Positions 8,191 through 17,361 of a stretch of DNA of 64,000 nt are shown here, in pieces. The notes below the pieces were generated by a model, which did not search any database, was not told the origin of the DNA, and worked only from the letters and a program-made list of their open reading frames with translations. The stretch's first letter is position 1. Every line of letters begins with the position of its first letter. This DNA comes from an uncultured Clostridium sp. (GTDB lineage: Bacteria; Bacillota; Clostridia; Lachnospirales; Lachnospiraceae): positions 4,993 through 68,992 of the forward strand of contig UQMJ01000011.1 in NCBI GenBank assembly GCA_900542035.1, written 5' to 3'. The position numbers were made by a program, and so were the translations under genes.

Positions 8191-9132
8191 TCAATGAAAT
8201 ACCAATTTCTCCCATGTCACTGGGAAATGAATACCCATACTCCCAAAGGCCATCCAATTGGGGCAGCGAACCTGTTTTCCGTCGCAGTACTGGGTTAAAA
8301 TCGGCTGCCGGACGCCTGGCCTTGATAAGTAGCTGTCAAAGATTTCATCGACAATTACAGAAATGGTTTCAAAAATATTTCGCTCAAAAATCCACTTATG
8401 ATCAAACGCAGTAGAGGAAGTAATGGTAAAATCATGGCCCTGGTTGCGGTACCATTCGGTATAGACACGGTTTAAGGTAAAGGACATGATGGCAAGCACG
8501 TTTGCGGTTATGGTCGATCTGGGCCAGGTAGAGTAAATTTCACTGGAAGCTACGTTTTTAATATAGTCTCGGTAAGGCACATAATAATTAGGTGCGCTTT
8601 CATTAGACGGGGGGCCATCGTGGACCACAATGGTCTGGGGAATGACTACTCGGCTTAACACAATCTCGCCGCTTTCCCGTACGGGCTTGATTTCGGACTC
8701 TGCAATTTTCGGCGGATAATCGCCTACCAGGGTGTGTTCAGGGATGGTAATGAGGGACTGTTCCCCAGGCTGGCTTTCCGGCGTCATACGGATCGGCTGG
8801 ATGGCGGTAGAGTCGGGAAGAATTTCCGTGCCGCTTACAGTAAGAGGGCGAAAACCAGGAGCTTCTACAGAAACCACATATTCGGAGTAAGGAGTTGGGG
8901 CATTGGGATCAAAGCTGTAATCCAGGGGAGGAGCAGGAAGGGAAATTTGCTCTGTCTGACCGGAAGAATTGACGGAAACTTGTTCGATAATGGTTTCCGG
9001 ATTGTTTTTGGAAGAAATAGAAATGGTTGCATCTGTAACCGGAAAATTATTTTGAACAGAGACCACATTGACCTGTAAAAGCCCGCGGGAAGTAAGAGAT
9101 GGGGTTGTCTGGGCTGCATGGAGAAGATTCAT
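8191..9132 (-). CDS. sleC: spore cortex-lytic enzyme SleC-like, N-terminal segment (5' half of a split gene, reading into the element)
   Basis: RBS AGGAGGG then ATG at 9132. Contains IASSEIYSTWP, FTLNRVYTEWYRN and QYCDGKQVRCPNWM. After the junction at 8251 come 19 unrelated codons and a stop. Confidence 0.8.
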   Translation of the reverse strand: MNLLHAAQTTPSLTSRGLLQVNVVSVQNNFPVTDATISISSKNNPETIIEQVSVNSSGQTEQISLPAPPLDYSFDPNAPTPYSEYVVSVEAPGFRPLTVSGTEILPDSTAIQPIRMTPESQPGEQSLITIPEHTLVGDYPPKIAESEIKPVRESGEIVLSRVVIPQTIVVHDGPPSNESAPNYYVPYRDYIKNVASSEIYSTWPRSTITANVLAIMSFTLNRVYTEWYRNQGHDFTITSSTAFDHKWIFERNIFETISVIVDEIFDSYLSRPGVRQPILTQYCDGKQVRCPNWMAFGSMGIHFPVTWEKLVFH

Positions 9133-9232
9133 ACAAAACCCTCCTGTTTTCAATTACTATTAATATATAAAAATGGGAAAAATTGATGCCAGTCCATAAC
9201 CAATATTCATAGAACCCATTCCTTTTAATTAA

Positions 9233-9261
9233 TTGACAAAGAAGGGATAGATTGTTATGAT
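9233..9261 (+). promoter_or_regulatory. sigma-A promoter of ilvN-ilvC
   Basis: TTGACA (9233-9238), a 17-nt spacer, then TATGAT (9256-9261). The ORF-track ATG at 9257 lies inside the -10. Confidence 0.6.
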
Positions 9262-9292
9262 TAAAGCTAAATATGAAAGACAGGGGGACGCT

Positions 9293-9793
9293 ATGGATAG
9301 AATCGTATTATCATTGCTGGTAGACAATACGGCAGGTGTGCTGGCAAGGGTGGCATCACTGTTCAGCCGTCGGGGATACAACATTGAAAGCCTTACCGTA
9401 GGCGTGACAGCAGATGAACGGTATTCCAGAATGACGGTGGTTTCATTTGGCGATCAGCAGGTTTTAGAGCAGATTGAAAAGCAGCTGCGCAAGCTGGAAG
9501 ACGTCAGGGACATTAAAGAGTTAAAGATGGGACATTCGGTTTACAGAGAGCTGATTATGGTAAAGGTCAAGGCCAATGCCGCAGATCGTCAGGCGGTCAA
9601 TGCGATTTCCAATATTTTCCGCGCAACCATTGTAGATGTGGGAAAAGAGTCCCTGACGGTTATGCTGACCGGCGATCAGTCAAAGCTGGAGGCGCTTTTA
9701 AACCTTTTGGAAGACTACGAGATTTTAGAAGTAGCAAGAACCGGTCTGACCGGACTTTCCAGAGGTGTGGACGACGTCCGTTACCTTCCCTGA
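9293..9793 (+). CDS. ilvN: acetolactate synthase small (regulatory) subunit
   Basis: ACT-domain N-terminus LSLLVDNTAGVLARVASLFSRRGYNIESLTV. RBS GGGGGA then ATG at 9293. Confidence 0.9.
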   Translation: MDRIVLSLLVDNTAGVLARVASLFSRRGYNIESLTVGVTADERYSRMTVVSFGDQQVLEQIEKQLRKLEDVRDIKELKMGHSVYRELIMVKVKANAADRQAVNAISNIFRATIVDVGKESLTVMLTGDQSKLEALLNLLEDYEILEVARTGLTGLSRGVDDVRYLP

Positions 9794-9815
9794 CCGGAAC
9801 AGGTACAAGGGTTAA

Positions 9816-10871
<1,056 letters not shown>

Positions 10872-10901
10872 TGGAAATGGTTCCATTAATAAAATTTACT
10901 C

Positions 10902-10930
10902 TTGACAGATTCTTTTTTATCGCGTATAGT
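10902..10930 (+). promoter_or_regulatory. sigma-A promoter of the riboswitch-ATPase unit
   Basis: TTGACA (10902-10907), a 17-nt spacer, then TATAGT (10925-10930). Confidence 0.7.
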
Positions 10931-10937
10931 ATCTGTC

Positions 10938-11095
10938 ATAAGATAAGAGGGAGTAGCTGGCGTCAGAATATCGGGTTTAAAAGCCAGGTAGGAGGCGTTT
11001 GCGATATGTCAGCACGATGAGATTGCTCATCCGTATCGTAATGAAATGGCGAGACTTTTATTGCATCTTAGAATGCAAAAAGGCCTCGCCTTTTT
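10938..11095 (+). promoter_or_regulatory. yybP-ykoY type Mn2+ riboswitch with intrinsic terminator
   Basis: Conserved elements AGAGGGAGTAGC (5' arm), TGCGATATG and ATGGCGAGACTTTT (3' arm) match my memory of the family. GGCGAG (11048-) also pairs with CTCGCC (11085-11090) followed by TTTTT, forming the expression-platform terminator. Confidence 0.7.
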
Positions 11096-11135
11096 GCTGT
11101 CTAAAAAACTCGAAAAGAGGAAAGGAGACATGAGG

Positions 11136-13757
11136 ATGAGCAGAGAATTTTATAATCTGACACCGGAAGAAGCAAGAAAACAGGTAAATGGCAAAGAAAC
11201 GCCATTGTCTGCAGAAGAAATCCGGAAAAACCAGGAAAAACATGGTCCAAATGAATTAGACGAGGGAAAGAAAAAGACGACGCTGCAGATCTTCTTTGAG
11301 CAGTTTAAAGATTTCCTGGTATTGATTCTGATTGCGGCTGCAGTGGTTTCCCTGTTTTTGGGAGAAACCGAAAGCGCAGTGGTAATCCTAATCGTCATTA
11401 CTATGAACGCGGTGTTAGGAACCGTTCAGACCGTTAAGGCGGAACAGTCCTTAAATGGATTAAAGGCTTTGTCGGCGCCGGTCTGTAAAGTATTCAGAGA
11501 CGGCCATGTGACAGAGATTCCAAGTAAGGAAGTAACCATTGGAGATTTGGTCTACCTGGAAGCTGGAGACTGCGTTCCGGCAGACGGACGAATTATGGAA
11601 TGCGCCAGCATGAAGGCAGATGAAAGCGCCCTGACCGGCGAAAGCCTTGGAGTCGAAAAAACAGACCAGGCCCTTTCTGGGGAACTTCCTCTGGGAGACC
11701 GGAAAAACATGGTATATTCCGGCAGCTTTATTACCTACGGCAGAGGATCTTTCCTGGTAACTGGAATCGGTATGGAGACAGAGGTTGGAAAGATTGCAGG
11801 GCTGTTAAAAAATGCATCTGAGAAAAAGACTCCTCTCCAGATAAGTCTGGACCAGTTTGGAAAAAGCTTATCTATTCTGATTCTGATTTTCTGCGGAATC
11901 CTGTTTGGCGTCCAGGTGTTCAGGGGCGGAAATGCAGCCGATGCATTCCTGTTTGCAGTTGCGTTAGCAGTGGCTGCGATTCCGGAAGCATTAAGTTCCA
12001 TTGTAACCATTGTGCTGGCATTTGGAACGTCCAGAATGGCAAAAGAAGGCGCCATTATCCGGAAACTCCAGGCAGTAGAGGGACTGGGAAGCGTATCCAT
12101 TATCTGTTCTGATAAGACCGGTACTTTGACTCAGAATAAGATGACCGTAGAGCATTATTTTATGGAAGGAGAAAATGTAGACGCCAAATCCGTCAATCCA
12201 TTAAATCCCCTTCATAAAGAAATGATTCGTCTTTCTGTATTGTGCAACGATTCCACCAATGAAAATGGGCAGAGATTAGGAGATCCGACAGAAACGGCTA
12301 TGATTGATTTAAGCTCGTTTGTAGGAGTCCCGCCGTCCAGATTAAGAGCCGCCTATCCAAGAATCAGCGAGCTTCCATTTGACAGCGACCGGAAGATGAT
12401 GTCCACCTTCCATCAGCTAAAAGATGGCTGGACCATGATTACAAAAGGCGCGGTAGACGTGATGATGGATCGGGTAACCAGCATCCAGAAACATGGAAAA
12501 GCAGAGCCGATTACAGACGAAGACAGAAAACTGGTGGAGCAGTGGAACCGTCATTATTCTGAAAATGGCCTTCGTGTGCTGGCAGTGGCTTACCGGAAAT
12601 TTGACGGCAGCCGCCAGCTGACATTGGAAGACGAAAATGATTTGACCTTCTTTGGCCTTATCGCCATGATGGATCCGCCAAGAGAAGAGAGTATGGAAGC
12701 AGTCAAAGCCTGCAAGAGCGCAGGAATCCGGCCGATTATGATTACCGGCGATCACAAGGTGACTGCGGCAGCCATTGCAAAGCGGATTGGAATCCTGGAA
12801 AATGAGAGCGAAGCCTGCGAAGGCGCAGTGATTGACAATATGAGCGATGAAGAACTGGAGAAATTTGTAGAAGGCATTTCTGTTTATGCAAGAGTATCTC
12901 CGGAACACAAGATCCGAATCGTAAAAGCATGGCAGAACAAAGGAAATGTGGTTGCCATGACCGGCGACGGCGTCAACGACGCTCCGGCTTTAAAACAGGC
13001 GGACATCGGCGTAGCCATGGGTATTACCGGAAGCCAGGTATCGAAAGACGCAGCTTCCATGGTTCTGACAGACGATAACTTTGCAACCATCGTAAAAGCA
13101 GTGGAAAACGGACGAAACGTTTACGCCAATATTAAGGGATCTATCCAGTTTCTGCTGTCCGGCAACTTCGGCGGAATCCTGGTAGTACTGGCAGCTTCCC
13201 TGTTAAGTCTCCCAGTACCGTTTGCACCAGTTCATCTGCTGTTTATCAACCTGTTGACCGACAGCCTTCCGGCAATCGCCTTAGGCTTAGAACCCCATAA
13301 GAGTTCTGTGATGAAAGAAAAGCCCCGTCCAGCCGGAGAATCTTTGCTGACCAAATCATTTTTGGCAAGAGTTGGAATAGAAGGACTGGTAATCGGAGCT
13401 TTAACATTTGCCGCATTCTTAATCGGTTTCAACCAGGGAGGCGAAAACGGAACCGTTCTTGCCAGTACCATGGCATTTGGAACTCTGTGCCTGTCCCGTC
13501 TGGTTCATGGATATAACTGCAAGTCTGTAGAACCGGTTGTTGGAAAGAAAGGATTTTTCAACAATATTTATATGCAGGGCGCGTTTCTGGCAGGATTTTT
13601 GTTATTAAACCTGGTTCTGTCCGCACCGGCTCTGGAAGGATTCTTCCAGGTTCAGACACTGACCTGGCAGCAGCTCTTTACCGTATACGGTCTGGCAGCG
13701 CTGACGCTTCCGATTATTCAGGCTTTAAAATGGCTGGTTTCTAAATTTAAAAAGTAA
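11136..13757 (+). CDS. cation-transporting P-type ATPase (P2A Ca2+/Mn2+ type)
   Basis: CSDKTGTLT phosphorylation site, TGDGVNDAPALK hinge and PEAL/PEGL-type TM4 (AAIPEALSS). RBS AAAGGAG then ATG at 11136. The ORF-track start at 11046 lies inside the riboswitch. Confidence 0.9.
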   Translation: MSREFYNLTPEEARKQVNGKETPLSAEEIRKNQEKHGPNELDEGKKKTTLQIFFEQFKDFLVLILIAAAVVSLFLGETESAVVILIVITMNAVLGTVQTVKAEQSLNGLKALSAPVCKVFRDGHVTEIPSKEVTIGDLVYLEAGDCVPADGRIMECASMKADESALTGESLGVEKTDQALSGELPLGDRKNMVYSGSFITYGRGSFLVTGIGMETEVGKIAGLLKNASEKKTPLQISLDQFGKSLSILILIFCGILFGVQVFRGGNAADAFLFAVALAVAAIPEALSSIVTIVLAFGTSRMAKEGAIIRKLQAVEGLGSVSIICSDKTGTLTQNKMTVEHYFMEGENVDAKSVNPLNPLHKEMIRLSVLCNDSTNENGQRLGDPTETAMIDLSSFVGVPPSRLRAAYPRISELPFDSDRKMMSTFHQLKDGWTMITKGAVDVMMDRVTSIQKHGKAEPITDEDRKLVEQWNRHYSENGLRVLAVAYRKFDGSRQLTLEDENDLTFFGLIAMMDPPREESMEAVKACKSAGIRPIMITGDHKVTAAAIAKRIGILENESEACEGAVIDNMSDEELEKFVEGISVYARVSPEHKIRIVKAWQNKGNVVAMTGDGVNDAPALKQADIGVAMGITGSQVSKDAASMVLTDDNFATIVKAVENGRNVYANIKGSIQFLLSGNFGGILVVLAASLLSLPVPFAPVHLLFINLLTDSLPAIALGLEPHKSSVMKEKPRPAGESLLTKSFLARVGIEGLVIGALTFAAFLIGFNQGGENGTVLASTMAFGTLCLSRLVHGYNCKSVEPVVGKKGFFNNIYMQGAFLAGFLLLNLVLSAPALEGFFQVQTLTWQQLFTVYGLAALTLPIIQALKWLVSKFKK

Positions 13758-14655
13758 GCTGATTAGATACCTGTTGTCTGCAGAATTGGAGAAACATCGA
13801 AAGGGCTTTGGAATGTCCGTCACTTCTGCAGGCAAATCCAATGGTTCGTTTGGGGATTGGGGATGCCAATGGGATTTCTACCAGTTCGTTGGCATCCAGC
13901 TCGTCCTGGACAAAGTCTCGGATGACGCAGCCAATCCCCAAACCAATCTTGGCAAATTCGATAATTAAATCCATAGTCGTTACTTCCAGAATCTGCTTTG
14001 GCTCAATATCGTGGGCGGAAAGGTACTGATCAATATAAGTGCGGGACATATTTTTACCATCCAGCAGCATAATGGTTCCCTTTTGGAATACATTGACATC
14101 TTCTCCTTCGCGCAGGCGGAGGTTTTTTAAATATTGGGGAGTAGTAACAAAGGCGTCTTTAATGTCCAGCACCGGCGTGAAGGTAAGACCTTTTTTGCTT
14201 TTTGGTTCAGCCACCAGTCCCAGGTCAATTCTGGACTGATCCAGCATAGCCAGGGTCTGGCTGCTGGACTGGCTTTCAATGGAGATCTGCACATGGGGGT
14301 ATTGCTCTACAAATCCCTTTAAATAAGGAAGCAGTATATATTTGCACAGGGTATTGCTGACCCCGATTCGCAGATGTCCGATGTGGAATTCGTGAACCCG
14401 TTTTAATTCTTCTTCTCCCCTGGTCAGGGAATCAAAAGCAGACCGGACGTATTCGTAAAGAATTTCCCCTTCTTCTGTAAGCTGTACTCCTCTGGAACTT
14501 CTGAAAAACAGAGTGGTATTTAAACTTTCTTCTAATTTTCCGATGGCTTTGCTGATAGCCGGCTGGCTGATGTAAAGCTCTTTGGCGGCTTTGGAAATGT
14601 TGCCGGTTCGGGCTACTTCGTAAAAGATTTTGTACTGGGAAAGATGCTGTTCCAT
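13747..14655 (-). CDS. LysR family transcriptional regulator
   Basis: HTH FYEVARTGNISKAAKELYISQPAISKAIGKLE and a LysR substrate domain. Divergent from leuC. The start is taken at MEQHLSQYK. Confidence 0.9.
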   Translation of the reverse strand: MEQHLSQYKIFYEVARTGNISKAAKELYISQPAISKAIGKLEESLNTTLFFRSSRGVQLTEEGEILYEYVRSAFDSLTRGEEELKRVHEFHIGHLRIGVSNTLCKYILLPYLKGFVEQYPHVQISIESQSSSQTLAMLDQSRIDLGLVAEPKSKKGLTFTPVLDIKDAFVTTPQYLKNLRLREGEDVNVFQKGTIMLLDGKNMSRTYIDQYLSAHDIEPKQILEVTTMDLIIEFAKIGLGIGCVIRDFVQDELDANELVEIPLASPIPKRTIGFACRSDGHSKALSMFLQFCRQQVSNQLTF

Positions 14656-14786
14656 AAAAATTCTCCATAACTGTATTTTATAGTGAGTATACCTCATATG
14701 TATTGTTAGTATAGCAAAAAATATGGTAAAATGCAAAGCAAGACCTTTTGATAAAAATTATTTGCTGTAAAAGGAGGAGTATCGCT

Positions 14787-16052
14787 ATGGGAATGACAAT
14801 GACCCAGAAGATATTGGCAGCTCATGCCGGCCTTGCCGAAGTAAAGGCTGGCCAGCTGATAGAGGCAGATTTGGATCTGGTGCTTGGCAACGACATTACC
14901 TCGCCGGTTGCGATTCACGAGATGAAAAAGATGAATAACCAGACTGTATTTGATAAAGACAAGATCGCCCTGGTTATGGACCATTTTATCCCCAATAAAG
15001 ACATTAAATCTGCAGAAAACTGCAAATGCTGCAGAGATTTTGCCAGCAGCCATGACATTACCAATTACTTTGACGTGGGAGAGATGGGGATTGAACACGC
15101 CCTTCTTCCGGAAAAAGGACTGGTGGTAGCGGGTGACGCGGTAATCGGAGCCGATTCCCATACCTGTACCTACGGCGCGCTGGGCGCGTTTTCCACTGGA
15201 GTAGGAAGTACGGATATGGCAGCCGGAATGGTAACCGGAAAAGCGTGGTTTAAGGTTCCTTCTGCCATCAAGTTTATCCTTACGGGAAAACCAGGCAGAT
15301 GGGTCAGCGGAAAAGACGTGATTCTCCATATTATCGGTATGATCGGCGTAGACGGCGCCCTTTATAAATCCATGGAATTTGCGGGAGACGGCATCGCCAA
15401 TCTGTCTATGGACGACCGGTTTACCATCTGCAACATGGCCATCGAAGCAGGCGGAAAAAACGGTATTTTTCCAGTAGACGATCTGGCAAAAGCTTATATG
15501 AAGGAACATTCCCAGAAAGAATTTACCGTATACGAGGCAGATGACGACGCAGAGTATGATCAGGTTATTACCATTGATTTATCCGCGCTAAAGCCGACGG
15601 TTGCGTTCCCACACCTTCCGGAAAACACCAGAACCATCGATCAGGTAGGGGAGGTAAAAATCCAGCAGGCAGTTATCGGATCCTGCACCAATGGACGCAT
15701 AGACGATATCCGCATTGCCGCCCAGGTAATGAAAGGCCGCAAGGTGGCAAAAGGGGTGCGCTGCATTGTGATTCCGGCAACCCAGGCCATTTATCTGCAG
15801 GCATTGCGGGAAGGACTGTTAGAGATTTTTATTGAGGCAGGAGCCATTGTCAGCACGCCTACCTGCGGCCCCTGTTTAGGAGGATATATGGGAATCCTGG
15901 CTGCAGGAGAGCGGTGCATTTCGACTACCAACCGCAACTTTGTAGGCCGCATGGGCCATGTGGATTCGGAAGTATACCTGGCAAGTCCGGCAGTAGCGGC
16001 AGCCAGCGCTGTGACTGGAAAAATTTCCTGTCCCTGTGAACTGGGATTATAA
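14787..16052 (+). CDS. leuC: 3-isopropylmalate dehydratase large subunit
   Basis: Aconitase-family motifs [21 protein letters not shown] and CGPCLGG. RBS AAGGAGGAG. Confidence 0.95.
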   Translation: MGMTMTQKILAAHAGLAEVKAGQLIEADLDLVLGNDITSPVAIHEMKKMNNQTVFDKDKIALVMDHFIPNKDIKSAENCKCCRDFASSHDITNYFDVGEMGIEHALLPEKGLVVAGDAVIGADSHTCTYGALGAFSTGVGSTDMAAGMVTGKAWFKVPSAIKFILTGKPGRWVSGKDVILHIIGMIGVDGALYKSMEFAGDGIANLSMDDRFTICNMAIEAGGKNGIFPVDDLAKAYMKEHSQKEFTVYEADDDAEYDQVITIDLSALKPTVAFPHLPENTRTIDQVGEVKIQQAVIGSCTNGRIDDIRIAAQVMKGRKVAKGVRCIVIPATQAIYLQALREGLLEIFIEAGAIVSTPTCGPCLGGYMGILAAGERCISTTNRNFVGRMGHVDSEVYLASPAVAAASAVTGKISCPCELGL

Positions 16053-16062
16053 GGAGGCAGCT

Positions 16063-16548
16063 ATGAAAGCATATGGAACGGTATTTAAATATGGAGACAA
16101 CGTAGATACGGATGTGATTATTCCAGCCCGCTACTTAAATGCTACAAAGGGAGAAGAACTGGCAAAGCATTGTATGGAAGATATAGACAAGGATTTTATT
16201 CATAACGTGCAGAAGGGCGACATGATTGTAGCCAATAAGAACTTTGGCTGTGGTTCTTCCAGGGAACACGCGCCTCTGGCAATTAAATGCGCAGGGGTAA
16301 GCTGCGTCATTGCAGAGACCTTTGCAAGGATTTTTTACCGCAATGCCATCAACATCGGACTGCCCATTATTGAATGTCCTAAGGCGGCAAAGTCCATTGA
16401 AGCCGGAGATGTGGTAGAGATTGATTTTGACAGCGGAATTATCACGAATAAGACCAAAAATGAGACCTACCAGGGGCAGGCATTCCCGCCGTTTATGCAG
16501 AAGATCATTGAGGCAGGCGGCCTGGTCAACTATATCAATCAAAAATAG
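16063..16548 (+). CDS. leuD: 3-isopropylmalate dehydratase small subunit
   Basis: [15 protein letters not shown] and [12 protein letters not shown] motifs. RBS AAGGAGG. Confidence 0.95.
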   Translation: MKAYGTVFKYGDNVDTDVIIPARYLNATKGEELAKHCMEDIDKDFIHNVQKGDMIVANKNFGCGSSREHAPLAIKCAGVSCVIAETFARIFYRNAINIGLPIIECPKAAKSIEAGDVVEIDFDSGIITNKTKNETYQGQAFPPFMQKIIEAGGLVNYINQK

Positions 16549-16564
16549 AGGCGTTGATTTAAAA

Positions 16565-16600
16565 CTTGCCGCAGGCGCTGGAACAGGCGCCTGCGGCAAG
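16565..16600. terminator. 14-bp GC-rich hairpin between convergent genes
   Basis: CTTGCCGCAGGCGC pairs with GCGCCTGCGGCAAG. The T-run is better on the minus strand (TTTTAAAT). Confidence 0.65.
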
Positions 16601-16614
16601 TGTGCGTTTCTGGG

Positions 16615-17238
16615 TTATCGGATAAAGTTGATCCGGTTTCCGCTTTCCTGCTCTGGAAATGAAATTCCCGCAGCTTTTGCAGTTTCCAGGGATTTTAACA
16701 TCCAGGCCATATTTCGTCCAAGATTTCTCATAGTCTGAAGGCCTTCTGCATCTTTTAATACGTCTTCTGCGCAGGAACCGTGAACCTGATTCCAGTAGGT
16801 CGAAGAAACCACTGGCATAGAAGAGATGGTAAAATATTTGTTTAACACATCAAAAGAAGCGGTGGTTCCGCCTCTTCTGGCAGAAACGACTGCAGCGCCT
16901 GGTTTTCCCTGGAATGCTTTTTTGCCGGAGTAGAAGGCTCTGTCCAGGAACGAAAGAACCCGTCCGCTGGGGTGGGCGTAGTAGACAGGGGATCCAAATA
17001 CAAATCCGTCGGCTTCCATGGCCTTTTTGGTAAATTCATTGACATCATTGTCAGAAAATGCACATCCGTTTCCATTTCTGCACTGTCCGCATCCGATGCA
17101 GTCCATGACAGGCGCGCTGCCTAACTGGAAGATTTCGTATTCAATTCCATGTTCATTTAAAACGTTTCCAATCTCTGTAAGAGCAGTATAGGTACATCCA
17201 TGCAAATTGCAGCTGCCGTTTAACATCAATACTTTCAT
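16615..17238 (-). CDS. flavodoxin-fold NADPH-dependent FMN reductase / iron-sulfur flavoprotein-like
   Basis: MKVLMLNGSCNLHGCTYT N-terminus, Cys cluster CIGCGQCRNGNGC and SPVYYAHPSG. Confidence 0.75.
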   Translation of the reverse strand: MKVLMLNGSCNLHGCTYTALTEIGNVLNEHGIEYEIFQLGSAPVMDCIGCGQCRNGNGCAFSDNDVNEFTKKAMEADGFVFGSPVYYAHPSGRVLSFLDRAFYSGKKAFQGKPGAAVVSARRGGTTASFDVLNKYFTISSMPVVSSTYWNQVHGSCAEDVLKDAEGLQTMRNLGRNMAWMLKSLETAKAAGISFPEQESGNRINFIR

Positions 17239-17361
17239 AAAGTAAGACCTCCTTCTTTTCTATCCATTATACCCATCATAGAAAAAAATTGCAAGATTGG
17301 CAGGGGACTGATATAATAGTAGAAATAAGTCAGATTTGGCAGAAAAAAGGAGGTCATAGGA

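Larger units (their letters stand above)
6576..8257 (-). mobile_element. 1,675-bp intervening element (serine recombinase plus tRNA-Glu) inserted in sleC, including both 7-bp core copies
   Basis: Plus-strand catccaa occurs at 6576-6582 and 8251-8257 as direct repeats. SleC-like sequence stops and resumes exactly at these cores. Confidence 0.8.

Noticed and set aside
9257-9292. ORF-track 5' extensions at 1950, 4206, 5101, 9257, 11046, 14736, 14748, 16036, 19758, 23222, 25129, 26719, 29727, 34723, 38380, 38898, 41174, 42552, 45973, 49060, 49104, 55750, 56361 and 61198.
   Set aside because: In each case an internal ATG/GTG with a proper Shine-Dalgarno sequence matches the family N-terminus. Several extensions also run through recognisable promoters, terminators or RNA elements.
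13747-13757. An 11-bp convergent overlap of the ATPase and LysR gene 3' ends, with no terminator between them.
   Set aside because: Short convergent overlaps are common, and nothing further supports a regulatory antisense arrangement.
14706-15509. Long antisense or alternate-frame ORFs inside well-supported genes: 14706-15509, 17388-18002, 23399-24106, 26870-27595, 40652-41161, 44785-45312, 58092-58622 and 60442-60966.
   Set aside because: Each overlaps a gene with clear family motifs or a good RBS on the other strand or frame. Their translations are Cys/Ser/Pro/Phe-rich and lack starts with an RBS. They are typical shadow ORFs.
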